This document shows, in pieces, positions 6,648 through 13,213 of a stretch of DNA of 13,213 nt. The DNA comes from an uncultured bacterium (GTDB taxonomy: Bacteria; Hydrogenedentota; Hydrogenedentia; Hydrogenedentales; JAEUWI01). The DNA lies in the NCBI GenBank assembly GCA_963977445.1, contig CAXBPH010000199.1, positions 1 to 13,213 on the forward strand, in the 5' to 3' direction. A program made the position numbers and the translations under genes. The notes below the pieces were generated by a model. That model was not told the origin of the DNA. It saw nothing but the letters and a program-made list of their open reading frames with translations, and did no database searches. Position 1 is the stretch's first letter. Each line of letters begins with the position of its first letter.

Positions 6648-7622
6648 ATGTCTACACTTTTTTTTGAAGACGGAACATACCACTTGAACGATGGCGAGTC
6701 TGTGTTGGAATGCCTCGAACGGGAAGGGCATGCCATACCAAACGCATGCCGAAGTGGCGTGTGCCACAGCTGTATGCTTCGTGCGACAGACGGTGAGGTT
6801 CCGTCCGCAGCCCAAAAAGGCTTACGGCCTGCCCAGGCCGCCCAAGGCTACTTTCTTTCCTGCTGTTGCTATCCCGAGGCGCCCATAACGGCAGCCCGTG
6901 GGGAGGGGGTGATGCGGAAGATTGGGGCGCGATTGGTCGTTAAGGAGGCGCTGAATGAGCGCGTGCTACGTATTTTGCTTGAAACGGAAGAGCAGATGGA
7001 ATACTTCCCAGGGCAGTTTGTGAATTTCGTCCGGGCCGATGGCCTCGTGCGCAGTTTTTCGGTCGCGAGTGTGCCGGCGTTGGAATCGACCTTGGAATTT
7101 CACATTGCGCTGGTGCCCGGTGGTCAGATGAGTGGCTGGCTGCACCATGAAGCCGAGTCCAGTACCCGTCTGGAATTGATGGGCCCCCTGGGCAATTGCT
7201 TCTACGTGAATGATGACAAGGAGCAGTCCCTCTTCTTACTGGGGACAGGCACCGGCCTTGCACCTCTCTACGGTATCGTCCGCGATGCGTTGCACCAAGG
7301 GCACACGGGCGCGATTCATCTTTTTCACGGGAGCCTCCTGGCCGCCGATCTCTATCTCACAGACGCACTGCGACAGCTTTCGGAGGAATACGCCAATTTC
7401 TCCTACCACGCCTGCGTGCGTGATGAACCCGGCACGGATTGGATGCGGCAAGGTGATGTTGACGCCATCGCACTGGAGACGATCCCCAACCTCAAGGGGT
7501 GGAAAGTTTACCTGTGCGGTAATCCTGCCTTGGTAAAACTGTTGCAGCGTAAAACCTTTCTCGCCGGTGCCAGCATGCAGGATATCTATGCCGATGCCTT
7601 TATTCCTGCTGGCGGTGGGTGA
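6648..7622 (+). CDS. [2Fe-2S] ferredoxin - FAD/NAD(P)H oxidoreductase (FNR-like superfamily), probable globin reductase
   Basis: CRSGVCHSC...LSCCC 2Fe-2S ligands; PGQF, RSFS and GQMS flavin motifs; GPLG, GTGTGLAP and YLCG NAD(P)H motifs; terminal DAF. ATG 6648 preferred (GAAGAG 7 nt upstream); the ORF extends to ATG 6633. Confidence 0.9.
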   Translation: MSTLFFEDGTYHLNDGESVLECLEREGHAIPNACRSGVCHSCMLRATDGEVPSAAQKGLRPAQAAQGYFLSCCCYPEAPITAARGEGVMRKIGARLVVKEALNERVLRILLETEEQMEYFPGQFVNFVRADGLVRSFSVASVPALESTLEFHIALVPGGQMSGWLHHEAESSTRLELMGPLGNCFYVNDDKEQSLFLLGTGTGLAPLYGIVRDALHQGHTGAIHLFHGSLLAADLYLTDALRQLSEEYANFSYHACVRDEPGTDWMRQGDVDAIALETIPNLKGWKVYLCGNPALVKLLQRKTFLAGASMQDIYADAFIPAGGG

Positions 7623-7626
7623 GCTG

Positions 7627-7677
7627 TAATCCGGGTAAACCTCGACGTATTCGTAGCGTAGTCCAGTCACCGGATTA
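7627..7677. terminator. Imperfect long hairpin between convergent genes (TAATCCGG...CCGGATTA), possible terminator
   Basis: 8-bp perfect outer arms at 7627-7634 and 7670-7677 with shorter inner pairings (GAC/GTC, ACG/CGT); no clear U-tract. Confidence 0.35.
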
Positions 7678-7735
7678 AGAAACTTAGTCTCGCTTACGGG
7701 TTAGTTTCCAGGAAAGACTTCGCGTATCGCCCGAC

Positions 7736-8671
7736 TCAGTGGGCGTCGAGCCCTTTGAGAATGAGCAGCATGTGCTCCATGGTCTTAAATATCTCATCCA
7801 GGTATTCGGGAATAGCCCGGGTGCTGCCCGGCAGGGTATAGACCAGCGCGTTGCCCATGGTGGCGGCGACACTCCGGCTGGTCAGCGCCATGGGCATGGT
7901 GGCCCCATACTTCATGCGGATGTGTTCCATGATGCCGGGGATGACTTTGTCGGCGTGTCGGGTGACAATGTCTGGGGTGATGTCGCGGGGTCCGACGCCG
8001 GTGCCTCCGGTGGTGATGATGAGGTCGACGCGGCTTTGGCGGGCATTGTTAAGGACGGCTTCGAGGGCTTCGTCCTCGTCGGGAACAATCTGTGTCTCTA
8101 CCCAGAGTCCCCATCGATTCTCCTGGCACCACGTGTCCAGCAGCGCCCGAACTGCGGGACCACTCTTGTCTTCATAGGCCCCTTTGCTGGCGCGATCACT
8201 CACCGTGATAATGTGGGCACGGAGCAGTCGATGCTGATGACGAATCGGTTGACCCGTCTCGATGGTGCCCCCGTGAACCACGCGTGCAAATACGCCATGA
8301 TCGGAAAGAAGGCATTTCGCCTGGGCGCTGCAGAGTGGCTTGCCCGTTTCGTTGACCTTTTTGCCGATTTGGGTAATCTCCAGGATGGCGTCGTCAATTT
8401 CCAGGGTGTCGAGGAGGCGCAGTTCGGGCAGGCCATCGCCGCGCAACAAAATGTTTTCCTGGCCTTTGCCGGGTAACGCTTCCTCGGTGCTGTCGGGGAA
8501 ATAGTAACGGGCCACGGTATCGTGCATGAGGCTAATCTGGCGCAGGCCCGGCCCCCCGTGGCGGTCGCCCTCGATACCGTTGGGGGTGAGGGTCATGGAT
8601 GGCACCACGTCGTGATCGGTTCCCTTTTCCCGGGAGAGGCTGAGGCCAGTGGTGGACATCGATGGGGTCAT
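7736..8671 (-). CDS. mogA: MOSC-domain / MogA-MoaB (molybdopterin adenylyltransferase) fusion protein
   Basis: N-half: S.EKGT, GIEGDRHG..RQISL, ENI, LEITQIGK, GVFARV..GG.I..G (MOSC). C-half: ITVSDRAS.G.YED.SGP, IVPDE, TTGGTGVGPRDITPD, TLPGS (MogA). Start uncertain (GTG 8698, ATG 8671 or ATG 8659). Confidence 0.88.
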   Translation of the reverse strand: MTPSMSTTGLSLSREKGTDHDVVPSMTLTPNGIEGDRHGGPGLRQISLMHDTVARYYFPDSTEEALPGKGQENILLRGDGLPELRLLDTLEIDDAILEITQIGKKVNETGKPLCSAQAKCLLSDHGVFARVVHGGTIETGQPIRHQHRLLRAHIITVSDRASKGAYEDKSGPAVRALLDTWCQENRWGLWVETQIVPDEDEALEAVLNNARQSRVDLIITTGGTGVGPRDITPDIVTRHADKVIPGIMEHIRMKYGATMPMALTSRSVAATMGNALVYTLPGSTRAIPEYLDEIFKTMEHMLLILKGLDAH

Positions 8672-8708
8672 AGTATTGTCTTTCTTTTTCCGGGGCACGG
8701 TTTCGAAG

Positions 8709-9884
8709 TTAGAGCAAATGAATCAGCGCCGTTTGGCCCGTGTCCATCGTGGTGGTGCCCGGAGCAAAGGCGAGGAGTCCGTCGGCGGCGGTGAAAGCGT
8801 GGATGTGGGCGGATCCGTGAAATTCAATCGGGGCTACACGATGTTGGGCGTCAATGCGGATGGGTACCCAGCCTTCCCGTTCTCCATTTTTTCGTGTGAA
8901 AGTGTGGCCGAGTTCCATGGGAACGATGCGTTGTCGGGGCACCGTGCCTTGCAGGTGTGCCAGAAAAGGGGCGACGAAGAGCGTGAACTGGAGAAAACTG
9001 GATACGGGATTTCCAGAGAGGCCGAAGCAAGCCTTTTCGCCCCGGGTGCCAAAGAGCACGGGCTTTCCCGGCTGGATGGCAACCCGATCAAAGTGAATTT
9101 TAAATCCGTGGTGGGCAAGAATATCCGGCACGAGATCGTAGTCACCCATGGAGACGCCGCCGGTACTCAAGACGACATCATGATTTTCCAGGGCTGCTTC
9201 CCACGCGGTGACCATGGTATCCTTCTGGTCGGCGACGATACCGAGATCGGAAGCGACGGCACCGGCCTGTTCTGCCAGGGTCGTTAATTGAATGCTGTTG
9301 CTGTTCCGTATTTTTCCGGCGGACGGGGTGGACGCCGGGGGCACCAACTCGTCACCCGTAGCCATTACGGCGACGCGTGGTTGGGCGACGACAGTGGGCC
9401 TGGCACAGCCCACGGAGGCCAGCACCGGCAGATGGGGGGCACGGAGATAGGTTCCGGCCGTCAGCACGATATCACCGACGTGCACATCCTCGCCCTGAGG
9501 GCAAATGTTACTCTTGGCCTCGGTTCCGATAAAGCGAATGGTCCCGTCGTCGATCTCTTCGACCTGCTCGACAATGAGGATGGCGTCGGCGCCTTCGGGC
9601 ACGGGTGCCCCGGTCATGATCTTGCTGCAGGTGCCGGGGGTGATGGGGTGGGTGGGCACACTTCCCGCCGGGATGTGTTCCAGCACGCGGAGGGGCGCAA
9701 AGGCATCGACGGCGCGACAGGCATACCCGTCCATGGAAGATTTGTTGAACGGGGGGATGTCCACATCTGAGGAAACATCCGCCGCCAGAACACGTCCACA
9801 GACGTGTTCCAGCGGCAGCGATATTGTTGGAAGTCGCCAAGCGGCAGCGACGACGCGATTCAGGGCCTCAATCCGGGTAATCAT
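8709..9884 (-). CDS. moeA: Molybdopterin molybdotransferase MoeA (gephyrin E-like)
   Basis: GRVLAADV, PPFNKSSMDGYA, IMTGAPVPEGAD, ATGDEL, IRNSN, STGGVSMGDYD, QPGKP, GLSGNPVSS, GSAH. ATG 9884 chosen (MITRIEAL; GAGG 6 nt upstream) over TTG 9896. Confidence 0.95.
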   Translation of the reverse strand: MITRIEALNRVVAAAWRLPTISLPLEHVCGRVLAADVSSDVDIPPFNKSSMDGYACRAVDAFAPLRVLEHIPAGSVPTHPITPGTCSKIMTGAPVPEGADAILIVEQVEEIDDGTIRFIGTEAKSNICPQGEDVHVGDIVLTAGTYLRAPHLPVLASVGCARPTVVAQPRVAVMATGDELVPPASTPSAGKIRNSNSIQLTTLAEQAGAVASDLGIVADQKDTMVTAWEAALENHDVVLSTGGVSMGDYDLVPDILAHHGFKIHFDRVAIQPGKPVLFGTRGEKACFGLSGNPVSSFLQFTLFVAPFLAHLQGTVPRQRIVPMELGHTFTRKNGEREGWVPIRIDAQHRVAPIEFHGSAHIHAFTAADGLLAFAPGTTTMDTGQTALIHLL

Positions 9885-10049
9885 AGGCATCCTCAATGAA
9901 GTTGACTTTGTACTGAGGATAGCATTATGCCCTACGTGGATTTGGTTTCGCTACGCGCACGCATTGCCGCAACCCGACCCGTGCCTTTTTCGTGCCGCAG
10001 GTCAGGGTCAACGAGCCACAATTAGAAGCCGACGACGCCTGATCCGTTA

Positions 10050-10313
10050 TTAGTAGTTACGTGGACGCTCAGCCTTGGGCCGCGCTTCGTTTACATTAAT
10101 ATTGCGCCCCTTGATGTCTTTACCATTGAGCGAGTCGATGGCAAGTCGTGCTTCGTCGTCGACAACCATTTCTACGAAACCAAAACCTTTAGAGCGGCCG
10201 GATTCACGATCGCTGATCACGTTGGCGCTGGTAACTTCGCCAAACGCGGAGAATGCTTCTCTAAGATCTTCGTCAGTTACGGAGTACGATAAATTTCCTG
10301 CATAGATGTTCAT
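10050..10313 (-). CDS. Single-RRM RNA-binding protein (bacterial Rbp type), 87 aa
   Basis: RNP-2 IYAGNL, RNP-1 KGFGFVEM, C-terminal GR.I.VNEARP; AGGAAGAG upstream; no glycine-rich tail. Confidence 0.95.
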   Translation of the reverse strand: MNIYAGNLSYSVTDEDLREAFSAFGEVTSANVISDRESGRSKGFGFVEMVVDDEARLAIDSLNGKDIKGRNINVNEARPKAERPRNY

Positions 10314-10556
10314 CTGGTCTGTTCTCTTCCTGTAGTGAGCGCGGTAGCCGATTCATTACGAACCAATCGAATGCCGAAACCGCCTGGTCGCTTCCCTATT
10401 CTACCGGATAGGGTGCCTGACCAAGTGTTCCGTAAGATTCACAAGTTACTGCGTCATGATCTCATACTATTGTTGTGAGATCGTTACAGCCGCAGACAAT
10501 TTTAAGGCTGCCTGCGCCATACCGAAGAATCCCAACATGCTTTCGACTGAAACACC

Positions 10557-10562
10557 ATTATA
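10557..10562 (-). promoter_or_regulatory. Putative -10 (TATAAT) for the RRM gene
   Basis: Exact TATAAT on the - strand about 245 nt upstream of the RRM start; the corresponding -35 is poor (TGGTGA). Confidence 0.4.
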
Positions 10563-10650
10563 GACAACGGTGCATAAAATCACCAGCACCAATTTGGGCC
10601 CTTCAGCTTGTCGTGGCTGTTCTACTTGGGGGTAGGGAAAAGTTGCACGC

Positions 10651-10700
10651 CACCCTCGGCGGTTTGTGCAAACAAAGGGGCACCTGTGGCGGTTTGTGTA
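10651..10700. repeat. Two-copy direct repeat with 30-bp period, core GGCGGTTTGTG
   Basis: 10651-10670 CACCCTCGGCGGTTTGTGCA vs 10681-10700 CACCTGTGGCGGTTTGTGTA: 16/20 identical, 11-nt exact core. Confidence 0.7.
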
Positions 10701-10767
10701 TGTATTGGAGAAGGTAACCTTTTGCTTCGTGCAACAGACTGACATGGTGATGTGAGAAATATTTTGT

Positions 10768-11358
10768 CTATTCAGTGCGGTTTATGTTTTTTAATGCCCT
10801 GTAATCGTGGAAGGTGTTGATGTTTTTCAGCAGGGAATCGTCGATGGGGACCCCATAGGACTGGGCCAGCTCTCGGACCAGATGGGCGTGACGTTGGTCC
10901 GATGCCATGGCCGTTTGTATCGGTTGGAGAAGACTTCGGTGGTAAAACGCAAACAGGGGTTGGTAGTGGCCCGACGTGGTGAGAGGTACGATCGCCGTGT
11001 GACCATCCCGGTGACGATAAAGTTCGTCTACAAGCTGCAGGGGCGGGTCGGGTATATCGGCCGCAATGAAAAAATTCCAGTCCCACGGTGAATGGTTCAT
11101 CCCCGCAGCAATCCCCATTAGTGGACCCTTTCCCGGGACTTCGTCGGCGACGGCAGGCAGGCCGAGAAAGGAATAGGTGTCCGGGTCGTTGGTGCTGATG
11201 TAGCAGTCGGAAAAGCGGGAAGCGAGCTGTTGGGCGATGTGTTGGATCATGGGAACGCCGTTGACTTTCATGAGACACTTATTTTGGCCCATGCGCCGAC
11301 TTGACCCACCCGCGAGGATGATGGCCCCCGCCTCATAGGGATAAGTCGGCGTTGTCAC
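10768..11358 (-). CDS. mobA: Molybdenum cofactor guanylyltransferase MobA, 196 aa
   Basis: IILAGGSSRRMG..K, GPLMGI, AADIP, QPLFAFY, NINT..D. True start is likely GTG 11358 overlapping the upstream TGA (GTGA); the ORF-track extension to 11700 overlaps the moeB gene and is not MobA-like. Confidence 0.92.
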   Translation of the reverse strand: MTTPTYPYEAGAIILAGGSSRRMGQNKCLMKVNGVPMIQHIAQQLASRFSDCYISTNDPDTYSFLGLPAVADEVPGKGPLMGIAAGMNHSPWDWNFFIAADIPDPPLQLVDELYRHRDGHTAIVPLTTSGHYQPLFAFYHRSLLQPIQTAMASDQRHAHLVRELAQSYGVPIDDSLLKNINTFHDYRALKNINRTE

Positions 11359-12887
11359 CGCAACTGTTCCAGGGCCGGTGCACCGCCGCGCAGGGAGTAG
11401 ACCTTTTCGTGCCCGGCTTTGCGCAGTGCCATGGCGAGGTAACGACTGCGGACACCACGGGCGCAAACGAGTAGCCACGGTTCGGGCACGTCGATGCCCA
11501 ACCCATCCATTTCGATCTCCATCGCGGGCAAGTGAAGGGCCGTCGGCAGGGGAAGGGGGTTTGCCGCAACGTCCTCGGTGTCGCGGATGTCGATCAAGGC
11601 GTACTCGCCTAGTGTCCCGTTGAGGCTCGTGACATCCACTTCGATGGGGGCGTCGGCCTGGATTGCCGTGATGGTCGGGGCATTCCCACACACGGGACAT
11701 TCAGGATTGCGCTCAGCCTTCGCCTTGTAACTGCGCAGACTGAGGAGGTCCATGAAGAAGGTATCGCCCTGAAGCTTATCCGGCAAATCGAGGAGGTGCT
11801 TCAAGACCTCCATCGCCTGGAGGGAGCCAAAGACACCGGTGATGGCCCCGAGCACCCCCACTTCCGCGCAACTGCCTACGCAGCCGGCTTTGGGCATATC
11901 GGGCCAGAGACAGCGCACACAGGGACCGTTGGCGTGGGGATCATAGACGAAGAGTTGTCCTTCGTATTGATAGATGCTGGATTGGACCAGAAGTTTTTTA
12001 TGGAGTACCGCCACATCGTTGAGTAAAAACTTGGTTTCAAAATTGTCGGTGCAATCCACGATGATGTCGTAGTCGGCAATCATATCGACCACGTTGGCCG
12101 GTGTGATGCGCTCCGTGAGCGTCGTGATTTCGATAAAAGGGTTCAGGGCACGAAGACGGGCTTCGGCCTGGGTCCCTTTCGATTGTCCCACACCATCGGC
12201 ATCGAAGAGGATCTGGCGGTGGAGATTGGAGGCTTCCAGAGAGTCCCCCTCGGCAATGGCCAGGTGGCCGATACCGGCCGCAGCGAGATAGAGCAGGGCG
12301 GGCGCGCCCAGACCACCGGCCCCCACCACGAAGACGCGGGCCTGACGCAGTTTTTCCTGACCGGCAGTTCCCACCTCTTTCAGATGAACCTGGCGGGCAT
12401 AGTAACTCGCTTCGGATAGGGCGGGCGCGACCTGGGGAGTGGTCGCCGCCTCCAGCGCCACACCGGCGTGGGCGCAACGTTCGCAATTGACCCAACCCGA
12501 GTCGCCATCGGTGTAATGCTCTTTTTTCCAGATGGGAAGGCGATGTTTTACCGAGTCAATAATGAAGCGGCAGGCGTCAAAGGCTTCGCCGCGATGGGGG
12601 GAACTCACGCCGACCCACACGGCCATATCCTGCAATTCCAGGGAGCCAACCCGATGGACGCACTGGGCCGCGCGAAGACCAAAGCGTTCTGTGGCTTCGG
12701 CGAGGATGGCGTTGCCTTCCGAGATGGCGACGGCCTCATAGGCTTCATATTCCAGCCGCTCGACGGTCTTGCCTTCGTTGTGATTGCGCACCCATCCCTC
12801 AAAGGCGACAAAGCCACCGGCCTCCACATCCTGCACGGACGTCCGGAGGGCCATGGGGTCGAGGGGGCTGCTCGAAATGGTAAACAT
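11355..12887 (-). CDS. moaE-moeB: MoaE - MoeB(ThiF) - rhodanese triple fusion (molybdopterin synthase catalytic subunit + adenylyltransferase + sulfurtransferase), 510 aa
   Basis: aa 1-135 MoaE (FEGWVRNHN, LEYEAY, HRVG.L, SPHRGEAF, PIWKKEHY); from aa ~161 MoeB (YARQ, VGAGGLG, SNLHRQ, DCTDNF, CVRC, SCAEVGVLG, CPVC); C-terminal rhodanese (IDIR, VCARGVRS, SLRGG). Single uninterrupted frame. Confidence 0.92.
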   Translation of the reverse strand: MFTISSSPLDPMALRTSVQDVEAGGFVAFEGWVRNHNEGKTVERLEYEAYEAVAISEGNAILAEATERFGLRAAQCVHRVGSLELQDMAVWVGVSSPHRGEAFDACRFIIDSVKHRLPIWKKEHYTDGDSGWVNCERCAHAGVALEAATTPQVAPALSEASYYARQVHLKEVGTAGQEKLRQARVFVVGAGGLGAPALLYLAAAGIGHLAIAEGDSLEASNLHRQILFDADGVGQSKGTQAEARLRALNPFIEITTLTERITPANVVDMIADYDIIVDCTDNFETKFLLNDVAVLHKKLLVQSSIYQYEGQLFVYDPHANGPCVRCLWPDMPKAGCVGSCAEVGVLGAITGVFGSLQAMEVLKHLLDLPDKLQGDTFFMDLLSLRSYKAKAERNPECPVCGNAPTITAIQADAPIEVDVTSLNGTLGEYALIDIRDTEDVAANPLPLPTALHLPAMEIEMDGLGIDVPEPWLLVCARGVRSRYLAMALRKAGHEKVYSLRGGAPALEQLR

Positions 12888-12889
12888 GA

Positions 12890-13138
12890 TCAGCCGCCTG
12901 CCACCGGGGGAATGAACACCACGTTGTCATTGGCCTGGAGGGGCGTGTCCCAGGCCTTGAAGGCGTCGTTGATGACGACCTTGAGTTGATTGGACTCCAG
13001 ACTGAAGCCGTGCTCCGTCTTCAGCGCGGCGTAAAGTACGTCCGGCGTGGCAGCGTCCGTGTCGAGGGTTTCTTCGGAAAGGCCCCGTTGTTCACGTAGG
13101 AGGGCGTAGTAACCGATTTTTAACGTTTTGGTGCTCAC
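12890..13138 (-). CDS. moaD: Molybdopterin synthase sulfur carrier subunit MoaD, 82 aa
   Basis: YYALLRE..G, VVIND.F, D.VVFIPPVAGG with terminal Gly-Gly; GTG 13138 with AGGA 8 nt upstream gives a typical length; stop lies 2 nt before the moaE start. Confidence 0.93.
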   Translation of the reverse strand: MSTKTLKIGYYALLREQRGLSEETLDTDAATPDVLYAALKTEHGFSLESNQLKVVINDAFKAWDTPLQANDNVVFIPPVAGG

Positions 13139-13213
13139 TGGTATTTTCCTGTTTTTTTTATGGTTCATGGGCAATTAATGGGTGCCAACAACGACTCACT
13201 CCACCAACACAAA

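Noticed and set aside
7739..9770. Long + strand ORFs 7739-8476, 8649-9287 and 9288-9770
   Set aside because: Antisense to mogA and moeA, as expected from codon bias in GC-rich genes; no protein motifs recognised.
10621..10730. Possible mini-CRISPR from the 30-bp periodic repeat
   Set aside because: Only two imperfect 20-nt copies with a 10-nt spacer; no cas genes in the window.
10467..10745. 92-aa (-) and 80-aa (+) ORFs in the mobA-RRM gap
   Set aside because: No convincing RBS or family motifs; the region is better explained as promoter plus leader, though a small protein cannot be excluded.
11359..11700. 114-aa N-terminal extension of MobA in the ORF track
   Set aside because: Overlaps the rhodanese-coding end of the moaE-moeB gene in another frame, is Arg/Pro-rich nonsense, and a coupled GTG start exists at 11358.
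13139..13213. Possible 3' end of an upstream gene (e.g. moaC/moaA) or Moco riboswitch
   Set aside because: Too little sequence; no recognisable protein or RNA motif in any frame.

Overview
Bacterial chromosomal window with 12 supportable CDS in three blocks. (1) 194-5466, + strand: a bifunctional enoyl-CoA hydratase/3-hydroxyacyl-CoA dehydrogenase, a YcgR-like/PilZ protein with a degenerate receiver domain and very acidic tail, an inositol monophosphatase family protein and a UDP-glucuronate decarboxylase. (2) 5506-7622: a compact nitric-oxide-response cassette. An NsrR-type Rrf2 regulator is divergent from a group I truncated hemoglobin and a [2Fe-2S]-FAD-NAD(P)H reductase. A near-consensus sigma70 promoter is overlapped by an 11-1-11 NsrR-like operator, and a 16-bp hairpin lies between globin and reductase; together this looks like a 'split flavohemoglobin'. 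(3) 7736-13138, - strand: a molybdenum cofactor cluster (moaD, a MoaE-MoeB-rhodanese triple fusion, mobA, moeA, a MOSC-MogA fusion) interrupted by an RRM RNA-binding protein gene with a long, apparently structured leader. No rRNA, tRNA, CRISPR array or mobile element was recognised. All calls come from motif recognition by eye; no searches or folding computations were run.
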